DNA of 64,000 bases from an uncultured delta proteobacterium (GTDB taxonomy: Bacteria; Myxococcota_A; Polyangia; Polyangiales; Polyangiaceae): contig CAVQUB010000003.1 in the NCBI GenBank assembly GCA_963716725.1, positions 192,001 through 256,000 of the forward strand, written 5' to 3'. The notes under the pieces are model-generated. The model was not told where the DNA came from, searched no databases, and worked only from the letters and a program-made list of their open reading frames with translations. This document shows positions 39,200 to 47,595 of this stretch, piece after piece (position 1 is the first letter of the stretch; every line of letters begins with the position of its first letter). Both the position numbers and the translations under genes were made by a program.

Positions 39200-39246
39200 A
39201 TTTTCGCGGATTGGTAGCACGGCGCGCGGCAGGGCGGTTCGACGGC

Positions 39247-40533
39247 TCAGACCGCCGCTGTGCGGTAGGGGCCCTCGTTCTTCACCTTCCTGGGGAAGAA
39301 CCCGGCGCCGCGGGTCGCGACCAAGGCGCCGATACCGAAGAGCACCACCGCTGCGGTGACGAAGCCGCCGACCCACGGAAGCCAGGAGCCGACCAGAAAG
39401 ATGGCGCAGCCCACCGCGAGATGCACATAGGGGCTCTTGCTGCGGTGGTGAAACACTGCCGCCCCCAGCGTGGTGAGCGCGGCGCAGATCCCGGCGTAGG
39501 CGCCGAGCACTCCGAGCAAGAGCGCGACGATAGCGATGGGGATGCCCACCACGGTCACGCAGAGCGCGATGAACGCCACGCAGGCGACCAGGGATCCGAC
39601 GATGCCCAGGGCGAGGGTGCGCATCGGGCGGGCTGCCACTTCGCCCTGCATCGCGTCCATGCGACCGGTGGCGAGGGCCAAGAGCACGGTGCCGAACACG
39701 AACAAGAGCGCCGTGCGGGTGATGCTGCCGCCGAGGTCGCTCAGCCACTGCATGAATCCCGACTTGGCCTCGTCGCCACGCGACACGCCGATATGCAGGT
39801 CGCCGTCGCCGCGACGAGCCTTGCCGCCGATGACGTCCACGTCCCCGTCAACCTTGGCTCCGTCGTCAGCGTCGAATGATCCGCCCACCACACTGACGTC
39901 ACCCCGCACGTGACCGCCCTTGCGCAGCTTGACCGAGCCGCCCATCACCGAGACGTCGCCGGTCACCGTGCCAAAGACCTCGGCCGAGCCGCCCATCACG
40001 ACCAGATCGTGCACCGTCTCGCCCGCCTCGACCCGCGTGCTGCCGCCGGTCACCACCCGGTCGTCACCGCGCTTCTCTACTCGATCGGGCTTCGCGGCCG
40101 GCGGCGGCTCGGGGGGAGCCGGCTCCGCCGCGGCTTCCACTGCTGCTGCGTCAGCAGCAACGGCAGTCGGCGCAGGAACTGGTGCCGCCGCGGGCGCTGC
40201 GTCGGCTACCTGCACCGCGGGCGCGATGGAGATCAGCGATCCATCGCGCTTGGCGACGTAGTGTCCATCCGAGAGCAACAACTCCAGGACTTTGTCGGCG
40301 GGTTGCTCGCTCACCTCTACATCCACCGGAGTCGACGAGGGCGCCTCGATCACCACGCTCCACCCGGCCTTCTGGGCCAGTCGCTTGACCGCCTCGGCAC
40401 GCGGCACTTGCTTCACCGAGAGCGAGACCTTGGGATCTTCGGCCGGCCACGTGCCTTGGCGCGAGACCTCAGCCAGCGCTGAGCCCGTGAGGCAGAGGAC
40501 CGCAATACCGGCCAGGATTCGACGAGACGTCAT
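39247..40533 (-). CDS. Signal peptide + STN-like domain + bactofilin-like beta-helix + multi-TM protein
   Basis: VSLSVKQ...AVKRLAQKAGWSVV; repeated GDV.V.GG units; about 5 C-terminal TMs; ATG at 40533. Confidence 0.75.
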   Translation of the reverse strand: MTSRRILAGIAVLCLTGSALAEVSRQGTWPAEDPKVSLSVKQVPRAEAVKRLAQKAGWSVVIEAPSSTPVDVEVSEQPADKVLELLLSDGHYVAKRDGSLISIAPAVQVADAAPAAAPVPAPTAVAADAAAVEAAAEPAPPEPPPAAKPDRVEKRGDDRVVTGGSTRVEAGETVHDLVVMGGSAEVFGTVTGDVSVMGGSVKLRKGGHVRGDVSVVGGSFDADDGAKVDGDVDVIGGKARRGDGDLHIGVSRGDEAKSGFMQWLSDLGGSITRTALLFVFGTVLLALATGRMDAMQGEVAARPMRTLALGIVGSLVACVAFIALCVTVVGIPIAIVALLLGVLGAYAGICAALTTLGAAVFHHRSKSPYVHLAVGCAIFLVGSWLPWVGGFVTAAVVLFGIGALVATRGAGFFPRKVKNEGPYRTAAV

Positions 40534-41036
40534 CAGCGTGCTCCCTTCCATTCCACTTGGCGCGGCACCTGGCGCGCGACCGCAAAGCCCAACACCGCCA
40601 GGACCAAGGTCGCCGACAGCCAGACGACCAGCAGCGACGGTCCCGCATTGGATGCGGCCTTGACCACCGACATGCCCACTCGAAAAGCGATGGGCGCGGT
40701 CTGAGCCACCGTCCGCGGCAACTCGTAGACGAAGCTCGGCAGCTGCCAGATGGCCGGTACCGCGCCGATCCCGGCGAGGATCATGCCGGCGGCGACAGCC
40801 CAGATCGGAATTGGCGCGGCGGGTCGCGCTGCCGTCAACGCTTCGGACACCGACAAGCTGAACATCGCCGCTCCCCCGAGCCGATGAGCGCAGTCCGCGC
40901 AATGCTCCACGTGGTCGGCCACTTCCCGAGTCACCAGCCCCGGCTCTCCATCGGCAAGAGCAGTGAGCGACAACTCGCTCGGATGCCCATCGGGCTGCCA
41001 GAGCTCCTCGTCCGAAAATCGTTGATCGCGCGTCAT
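40533..41036 (-). CDS. Zinc-binding (ZAS) membrane anti-sigma factor
   Basis: H...L.A.ADG...HVEHCADC (HxxxCxxC) and two TM helices; overlaps the sigma factor stop. Confidence 0.85.
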   Translation of the reverse strand: MTRDQRFSDEELWQPDGHPSELSLTALADGEPGLVTREVADHVEHCADCAHRLGGAAMFSLSVSEALTAARPAAPIPIWAVAAGMILAGIGAVPAIWQLPSFVYELPRTVAQTAPIAFRVGMSVVKAASNAGPSLLVVWLSATLVLAVLGFAVARQVPRQVEWKGAR

Positions 41037-41632
41037 GCAAACTTTCCTTCGTCTCCGAGCGCATCGGCTATGGAACGTCGACCGCGGGAAATCCACGTGC
41101 ACACCGTGCCCATGGGCACACCCAGCTTCGCCGCGATCTCGCGATAAGGCAGACCGTCGACGTGAAACATCTCCATGGCGCGGCGGTGGTCCGGCAACAG
41201 CGCCGCCATCGCGGCGCGGATCGCCGCGCTACGACGGGCATGCTCGAGGCGGTCGTCCGCCGCGGGCGTCGAGTCAGCGACACGGTCGAGCGGATCGTCG
41301 TCGTCGGCGTTCGGTCGGACGATGCGGGCTCGGGCTCGGCCCCGCGCACGCCCCATGTCGAGGGCGACATGGCGGGCGATCCCGAGCAGCCAAGGTCGCA
41401 GCGGCTCCCCCGTCCTCAACCGATCCGAGCCTTCGAGGGCTCGCTTCAAGGTCTCGTTGGTGCAGTCTTCGACGTCCGCGTGCATGGGGCTTTCTCGGAG
41501 AACGCTGGCCGCCACCGCGCGCACCAGGGGCCGGAGCGCCCCCACCTCGGCCCCGAAGACCCCCTCACGCTCGGCGAGTCCGAGCCCGCGGGCATCCCGC
41601 AGCGCGTCGCGTGGGGTCTCAGTGGAATCCAT
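41033..41632 (-). CDS. ECF RNA polymerase sigma factor
   Basis: DVEDCTNET, WLLGIARH (region 2); L..L...R....M....GLPYREIA..LG...GTV.TWISRGR (region 4). Confidence 0.92.
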   Translation of the reverse strand: MDSTETPRDALRDARGLGLAEREGVFGAEVGALRPLVRAVAASVLRESPMHADVEDCTNETLKRALEGSDRLRTGEPLRPWLLGIARHVALDMGRARGRARARIVRPNADDDDPLDRVADSTPAADDRLEHARRSAAIRAAMAALLPDHRRAMEMFHVDGLPYREIAAKLGVPMGTVCTWISRGRRSIADALGDEGKFA

Positions 41633-41683
41633 CCAGACGGCGAGCATCCTCGCCCCTCTTTCGCCGCAGGCCCGAGGATTATT

Positions 41684-42592
41684 TCAGGGGTCTGGGTCCG
41701 TCGCTGAGCTGGAATGAACCGGATCCAACAGGGCAAAAGCCGCGCTCGTGTGGTCGCCCTCGGGCTCGACCACCCGCACGATGCTCGGGCCCTCCAGGGC
41801 TTGGCCGCCGAGCGTGCGCAGGGCTGGCCGCTTCGGATCTTGGTTCGGCTCGGGGCCGACGACGCCCTGATCACGACTCGTGAGCTCGACCACGGTCCCC
41901 ACCGGAATGGCTCCAATGGCTCGCGCCAAGAGTCCGAGGGCGACGTGGTCAGCCCCTGGCTCGCTGCAGAGCTGACGGAGCGCCGTGAAGGGGGACAGGG
42001 CCTCATCACGCGTCTTGGGCGATACGCGCACGAGGAGCGCGCGACAGGCGACGATGATCCGGGACAAGAGGCGCGGAGAAATCTCGCCCTGGTAGAGCTC
42101 ACCCAGCCGCGGACGCTCGAGCCAGGCGACCTCGAAGGCGCTGAGCGCCGCCCACTGCCGAAGCTCGGATTTGGGCCCCGTGATGGCGAGCGCGACCGTC
42201 GCTGCCGGAGCCAGCACGTCGAGGGAGTCCGGCAGCTCACTGAACACATTCAGGTCGATGTCCGTTCCCGACGCCAGGCGCGCCCGCCCCGAATCCACCA
42301 GCAGCGCGGCGAGCACGGCGCCGACTGTGGCGGTCTCGGTCGCTCCCGCACGCTGCGCCACACGCGCGGCGATGAAGGCACACTGCACCGCGCGCGACGG
42401 GTCGTCATTCGCCGCGGCAGCCAGCGGCACCGCGATGGTGAGCGCCGGATCGTGCGCCATGCGCGCGATGCAACCAGCGACGTGGTCGAGCTCTGCGAGC
42501 GGGGGCTCGTGCTCGGCCAGCCGAGCAAAGCAGTGCCGCGTGGCGACCACAGCGCTCGCGTACAGCTCGAAGGCCAGCGTCGCGTCGGTCAT
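41684..42592 (-). CDS. Degenerate HD-GYP-like protein
   Basis: Keeps SRII, LSP..AL and IPVGTVVEL...GVV of HD-GYP C-termini but lacks HD, HHE and GYP. Confidence 0.6.
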   Translation of the reverse strand: MTDATLAFELYASAVVATRHCFARLAEHEPPLAELDHVAGCIARMAHDPALTIAVPLAAAANDDPSRAVQCAFIAARVAQRAGATETATVGAVLAALLVDSGRARLASGTDIDLNVFSELPDSLDVLAPAATVALAITGPKSELRQWAALSAFEVAWLERPRLGELYQGEISPRLLSRIIVACRALLVRVSPKTRDEALSPFTALRQLCSEPGADHVALGLLARAIGAIPVGTVVELTSRDQGVVGPEPNQDPKRPALRTLGGQALEGPSIVRVVEPEGDHTSAAFALLDPVHSSSATDPDP

Positions 42593-44988
42593 CGACGCGC
42601 TCGTTGATTCGCGCGACGCTCCTGGACCGCGTCGCGCGCGACGAGCGCCGCTCGTCGAACTCGATCGCTGGTGCCCAGGTGCCGCCCTGCGTGGTGGGTC
42701 AAGGTCTCGAGGGCCGCGTCGGTCTTGCCGATCTCGCCCAGCGTCGCGGCGGCCAGAGCGCGCGTCTCCTCGTGGGCGCCGAGGCTCAGCAGCTTCTTGT
42801 GCCCGAGGATCTCGATGGCGATGGCCTCGGCCCGGGCCGGGGCCAGGACGGCCAAGGCGTGAAACAGCGCGCGGCGTTCCTCGATCTCGAGCCCGTCGAA
42901 GTGCGCAGATTTGAGCCGCAGCGCCACAAATGGGGCGGCGCACCGGACCTCGTGATCGGTCAGCGCGCGCAGGACGTGGATCCGTTCGATGGCCAGCCCG
43001 TCTTCGAGGCGAGCCTTGAGCTCGAGGCGAAGGGCTTCGCTCGTGGAGCCGCTCGCGCCCAGCGCCTCGATGCGAACCGCTGGGTGAGGACTCTGCGCCG
43101 CTGCTTTCAACGCTTCCAGGGAGGCAAGGGTCTCGATGCCCACGAGCAGCCGTACGACCTCGACCCCGAAGCTCGGCTCCGCTTCCCGGGCGAGCTCTCC
43201 GAGCGCGCGCTCGTGACCCGTGAGCTCCGATTCGAGGTGGTGTCGCACCTTGGCGTGCAGCGACAAATCCGAGATCTGAACCAGAGTGTTGGCGAGCACC
43301 GCAGCAAACTCGGGGCCAAGCGCCGGCAAGAGCGCCCCGAGCGCATCCAACGCGGTCGCGCTGGTCCCGTGAACACCCAGCCGCGCGAACAGCGAGCGCA
43401 CGAGCTCTGGTGGCGCGACGGCAGCCAGCACGCGCTGGCGCTCCGCCAGGAGCATGGCCGGTGGCGCACGCACCGAATCGCCGAGCTTCACCAGGAGATC
43501 CAGCGCCGCCGCGGGCCGGGAACTCGCGGCGGCCTCGAGGTGGTCACGCAGTGCGGGGCCGAAGGCGGCGAGGGTGGGGGCGAGGGCCGCGCCTTCGAGC
43601 GAATTGGAGATGACGCTCAGTAGACGGTCGGGCGACCGGGAGTCCACGGCGGCGAGCTCGTGCGCGAGGGCGCTGGTCGACTCGTCGTTCACCGCGAGCG
43701 CCGCGGTGATGACGGCAAGATCCGATTCGAAGGAGCTTTCGTCGAGCGGTGCTCCGTTGGGCGCAGCACGCCATTGTCGCAGCTCGAGGCCGGAAAACAC
43801 CTCGTCGCGCAGCGCCGCGAGCGCCGAGCCGCCCGCGAGGACCGCCAGCGGATCCAAATCGGCGGGCAGCGCGGCGCGGTGAAAGGTCCGGCGGCGGGCG
43901 CGCGGCGCGCCGCGTGGCGGGGTCGTGCTGCGGCGGGAGGGAGTGACGCCGGATGGTGGCGGGGGAGCGGACTGGCTCGCAGCTGGCGGCGGCGCGCCCG
44001 ACACGGGCTGCACGTTGCGCGCGGACGGGGACCGCGACGCCGGCATCGATGCGGGCGTCCGCTGCGGGCTCGCGGGTGGGACCGAGCTCCAGCTCGGATC
44101 GCCTTGCGGCGGTTGGGTCAGGCGCGCTGGATCCAGCATGGCGTGACTGCCCGATTCCGAGGCGAGAGCGCTCGCCAGAGGATGAGCGTACATCACCTCG
44201 CGCGTGTCGCTCGCTTGCTTCATCGCGGCGCGCAGCGTGCCCGCATCGGCAAAGCGCTGACCTGGGTCGATGGCGAGCGCGCGGTCCAACAGCTCCACCA
44301 AATCGCGCGGTGCGCGGGAGGTCACGTTCTCCAACGAGCGCACGCGCTCAGGATCGCGGAGCTCGCGCGGGCTCTGATCGGTCATCAGTGCGAAGAGGAC
44401 CGCCGCGACGCCCCACAAGTCGCCGCTGACGCTCGGCGCGCCGTGCTCCTGCTCGGGCGCCGCAAAGGCGCGATCGGCGGCCACTCCGAGCGCCACTCGA
44501 AGGCGTGCCTCACCAAAGCCGATGACGTGGACGCTGCCCCGGTCATCGAGCAGCACGTGCGAGAGCGACAGCGCGCCGTGACACACGTCGCGAGCATGGG
44601 CGGTCCCGACCAGCTCGACGAGCTCGAGGGCGATGCGCAGGGCCTCTGAAGGAGGGATCCTTCCCCGGCGTCGCTTCGCCAGCTGGCTCGCGCTCTCACC
44701 GAAGATCAGCGGCATCACCACGCCGGGAAGCGCTCCGCCGATGAAATCCACGGGGGCGACGACCTGCGGGTGGGCCACGTCGTCCGCGACCCGGAGCGAA
44801 GTCAGCATCTCCAAGGTGGGCCGGAGCTCGGGGTGAATCAGCTTGACCGCCGCGATCCCCGAAGGGTGCCCGTCGGCGACGTAGACCGCGCCCACGGCGC
44901 CGACGGCGAGCAGGCGGCTCAGCCGCAACCCGCCGTCCAGCTCGGTCCCGACTCGTGCGCGGGGACCCTCCTGATCTCGCTCCGGCAA
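42589..44988 (-). CDS. Pseudokinase + Pro-rich linker + HEAT-repeat protein
   Basis: GAVGAVY, AVK, APE, DLW are present, but HRD is replaced by HGA and DFG by GFG; C-terminal HEAT-like helices. Confidence 0.8.
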   Translation of the reverse strand: MPERDQEGPRARVGTELDGGLRLSRLLAVGAVGAVYVADGHPSGIAAVKLIHPELRPTLEMLTSLRVADDVAHPQVVAPVDFIGGALPGVVMPLIFGESASQLAKRRRGRIPPSEALRIALELVELVGTAHARDVCHGALSLSHVLLDDRGSVHVIGFGEARLRVALGVAADRAFAAPEQEHGAPSVSGDLWGVAAVLFALMTDQSPRELRDPERVRSLENVTSRAPRDLVELLDRALAIDPGQRFADAGTLRAAMKQASDTREVMYAHPLASALASESGSHAMLDPARLTQPPQGDPSWSSVPPASPQRTPASMPASRSPSARNVQPVSGAPPPAASQSAPPPPSGVTPSRRSTTPPRGAPRARRRTFHRAALPADLDPLAVLAGGSALAALRDEVFSGLELRQWRAAPNGAPLDESSFESDLAVITAALAVNDESTSALAHELAAVDSRSPDRLLSVISNSLEGAALAPTLAAFGPALRDHLEAAASSRPAAALDLLVKLGDSVRAPPAMLLAERQRVLAAVAPPELVRSLFARLGVHGTSATALDALGALLPALGPEFAAVLANTLVQISDLSLHAKVRHHLESELTGHERALGELAREAEPSFGVEVVRLLVGIETLASLEALKAAAQSPHPAVRIEALGASGSTSEALRLELKARLEDGLAIERIHVLRALTDHEVRCAAPFVALRLKSAHFDGLEIEERRALFHALAVLAPARAEAIAIEILGHKKLLSLGAHEETRALAAATLGEIGKTDAALETLTHHAGRHLGTSDRVRRAALVARDAVQERRANQRARR

Positions 44989-45012
44989 CGACAGTGCCCT
45001 CCCCCCGTCCCG

Positions 45013-46392
45013 TCAGCGCGCGCGCAGCGCCTCGGGCAAGAGCTCGAAGTACTTGGCGAAGGTCTTGATGCCGCCGGATGCCTGTCCCCAATCGAAGTAC
45101 TCGTTGGGCGCGTGGTAGCCGTGGTCCGGCAGCGAGAGGCCGACGAGCTGGATCGGACACCGAAGGTGGCGCTGCATCGTCACCACGGCCCCGATGCTGC
45201 CACCCTCTCGAACGAACGCCGGCGACTTGCCGAAACCGAAGCGGAGGGCCCGACTCGCGACCTCCGTGAGCCGCCCCGCAGCGTTGCCACGAAACGGAGC
45301 CAGCGCGCTCTGTCGCTCGACGACCACGTCGGGGTTCAGACGCTTCACCTCGGCCTTCAACAGCTCGAAGGCTTTGGCTGGGGTTTGGTTCGGGACGAGC
45401 CGCAAGCTCACCTTGGCTTCGGCAAAGGGCGGCACGATGGTCTTGATGCCTCGCCCTTGGTAGCCGCCAGCGATGCCGTGCACCTCGAAAGAGGGCCGGG
45501 TCCAGATGGCCTGCATCACTTCGAGCGCGTCTGAAGATCGCAGCGAACGCAGACCGTAGACCTTCTTGAACCGGGACACCGAGAAGCCTGCGCGCGCGAA
45601 GGACTCGAGCTCCGCCCGAGTGGGCTTCACGACGTCGTCGTAGAAGCCCTTGATGCGGATCTTGCCTGTGCCTCCATCGTGGAGCGCGGCGATGACGTTC
45701 GCCAGCTCGACCATGGGGTTGCGTGCCGCGCCGCCCGTCAGGCCCGAATGCACGTCCTGCGTCCCGGTCTCGAGGCGCAGCGTCGCGCCCTGCAACCCGC
45801 GCAGTCCCGTGGACACGACCGGCTTGCCAGGGGCGAGCCAGACCGTGTCGGACACCACGACCAGATCCGTGCGCAGGGACTTGGCGTGTTGCTTCATGAA
45901 GCCCTCGAAGTTCGGGCTCCCGATCTCTTCTTCGAGCTCCCAAATGAACTGGATATTGAGGGGTACGCCGGCGTTTCGCGCGAACGCCGCGGCGTGCAGC
46001 ACCGCCAACGCCGGCCCCTTGTCGTCCGTCGCGCCACGCGCGTAGTAGCGGTCGCCCTCGATGGACATGCGAAAGGGCTCACGCTCCCAGGCGTCTCCGT
46101 CAGCGGGTTGCACGTCGAGATGGTTGTAAATGCTCACCGTGGGCTGCTTGCGGTCACTCACGAACCGGCCCACGACCACTGGGTTGCCACGTGTCTTCAG
46201 GATCTCGGCGCTGCCGCCCAGCCTGACCACCGCCTTGGCCGCGGCTTCGGCGCCTCGCGCGATGTCAGGGCGATGCTCGGGGGCAAGGCTGATGCTCGGG
46301 ATCTCGACCCACCGGCGCAGCTCTGACTCGTATTTCGATCGCACGCCGCGCACGTAAATGTCGAGCGCCTTCGGATCGATGCCGACAACCAT
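45013..46392 (-). CDS. M20 family dipeptidase/deacylase
   Basis: YNHLDVQP, ARGATDDKG, EEEIGS, DVHSG, HAPNE. Confidence 0.93.
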   Translation of the reverse strand: MVVGIDPKALDIYVRGVRSKYESELRRWVEIPSISLAPEHRPDIARGAEAAAKAVVRLGGSAEILKTRGNPVVVGRFVSDRKQPTVSIYNHLDVQPADGDAWEREPFRMSIEGDRYYARGATDDKGPALAVLHAAAFARNAGVPLNIQFIWELEEEIGSPNFEGFMKQHAKSLRTDLVVVSDTVWLAPGKPVVSTGLRGLQGATLRLETGTQDVHSGLTGGAARNPMVELANVIAALHDGGTGKIRIKGFYDDVVKPTRAELESFARAGFSVSRFKKVYGLRSLRSSDALEVMQAIWTRPSFEVHGIAGGYQGRGIKTIVPPFAEAKVSLRLVPNQTPAKAFELLKAEVKRLNPDVVVERQSALAPFRGNAAGRLTEVASRALRFGFGKSPAFVREGGSIGAVVTMQRHLRCPIQLVGLSLPDHGYHAPNEYFDWGQASGGIKTFAKYFELLPEALRAR

Positions 46393-46496
46393 GCGGCGCA
46401 TCCTAGCAGGTCGGTCTCGAGTTCCGCGCGCAGATTGATCGCCTCGGATCGCCGGACGCGACACGTCGATCCGCTGACCGACGCCCTGGTTGCCGC

Positions 46497-47516
46497 TCAG
46501 GGGCAGTGCCACTTCAAGCCGCTGCCGTCATAGCGACAGCGACAGTACGAATTTGCGTACGGACACAGCGCTTGGCTGTCGCTACAGGCGCTCTCGGCAG
46601 CCGGCTTCGCTGTCGGGCAGGTCAGGCAACTCCAGTTGGTGGTCGTGCCGCCGCACCCGCAGGCGTTGTTGCCGTAGTTGCAGGTGTCATCGTAGCCGTT
46701 GCAGTTGGCTCCGTCGTTCGGCTCGCTCTGCGGGCACGGGTTGCAGTGCCAGGTCCCACCCCAGCAAGTGCACTGGTTGTTGCTGTACTTGCAGATCGTC
46801 CCAGGAGCGCTGCACGACGAGTTGTTCTGCGGCGCAGCGGGCGAACACGCGCTGGTCGTTCCACCGCTGCCACCCGCGCCGCCGCTGCCGCCCGCGCCGC
46901 CGGTCGTTCCACCGCTGCCGCCGGTCGTTCCTCCGCTGCCGCCGGTCGTTCCACCGCTGCCGCCGGTCGTTCCACCGCTGCCGCCGGTCGTGCCTCCGCT
47001 GCCGCCGGTCGTTCCACCGCTGCCACCGGTCGTTCCACCGCTGCCACCGGTCGTGCCGCCGCTGCCGCCCGCGCCGCCACTGCCGCCCGCGCCGCCCGCG
47101 CCGCCACTGCCGCCCGCGCCGCCACTGCCGCCCGCGCCGCCGCTGCCGCCCGCGCCGCCGGTCGTTCCACCGCTGCCGCCGGTCGTTCCACCGCTGCCGC
47201 CGGTCGTTCCACCGCTGCCGCCGGTCGCGCCGCCGCTGCCGCCGGTCGTGCCACCGCTGCCGCCGGTCGTTCCACCGCTGCCGCCGGTCGTGCCACCGCT
47301 GCCGCCGGTCGTGCCACCGCTGCCGGCAGACCCGCCCGTCGCTCCGCCGGAGCCACCGGTGTTCCCGGAACCGCCAGCGCCACCCGTGGCGCCGCCGCTT
47401 CCCCCGGTGTTCGAACTGCCTCCAGTTCCGAACTGGAACTCTTCGTAGTCGTTCGAACAGGCAACGGCCAGCGCGACGGTCGCGCTGACAACCCAAAGCG
47501 TGCGACGTCGGATCAT
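46497..47516 (-). CDS. Lipoprotein with long Gly/Ser/Thr spacer and three C-terminal Cys-rich modules
   Basis: Lipobox AVAC; GGTTGGS repeats; three C..P....C......C.Y....C.C..W.C modules. Confidence 0.85.
   Translation of the reverse strand: MIRRRTLWVVSATVALAVACSNDYEEFQFGTGGSSNTGGSGGATGGAGGSGNTGGSGGATGGSAGSGGTTGGSGGTTGGSGGTTGGSGGTTGGSGGATGGSGGTTGGSGGTTGGSGGTTGGAGGSGGAGGSGGAGGSGGAGGAGGSGGAGGSGGTTGGSGGTTGGSGGTTGGSGGTTGGSGGTTGGSGGTTGGSGGTTGGSGGTTGGAGGSGGAGGSGGTTSACSPAAPQNNSSCSAPGTICKYSNNQCTCWGGTWHCNPCPQSEPNDGANCNGYDDTCNYGNNACGCGGTTTNWSCLTCPTAKPAAESACSDSQALCPYANSYCRCRYDGSGLKWHCP
46855..47330 (-). repeat. Coding tandem repeats: 21-bp (GGTTGGS) and 18-bp (GGAGGS) units
   Basis: Two blocks of about 8 units of CCGCCGGTCGTTCCACCGCTG-like sequence separated by 18-bp units. 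Confidence 0.9.
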
Positions 47517-47595
47517 GGTCGAACCTTGGATCAGATTCGCACGCCGCGCGCCAAAGTGCCAGCTACGTCCGCTCGCACCTCGGAGCACACGGTCG

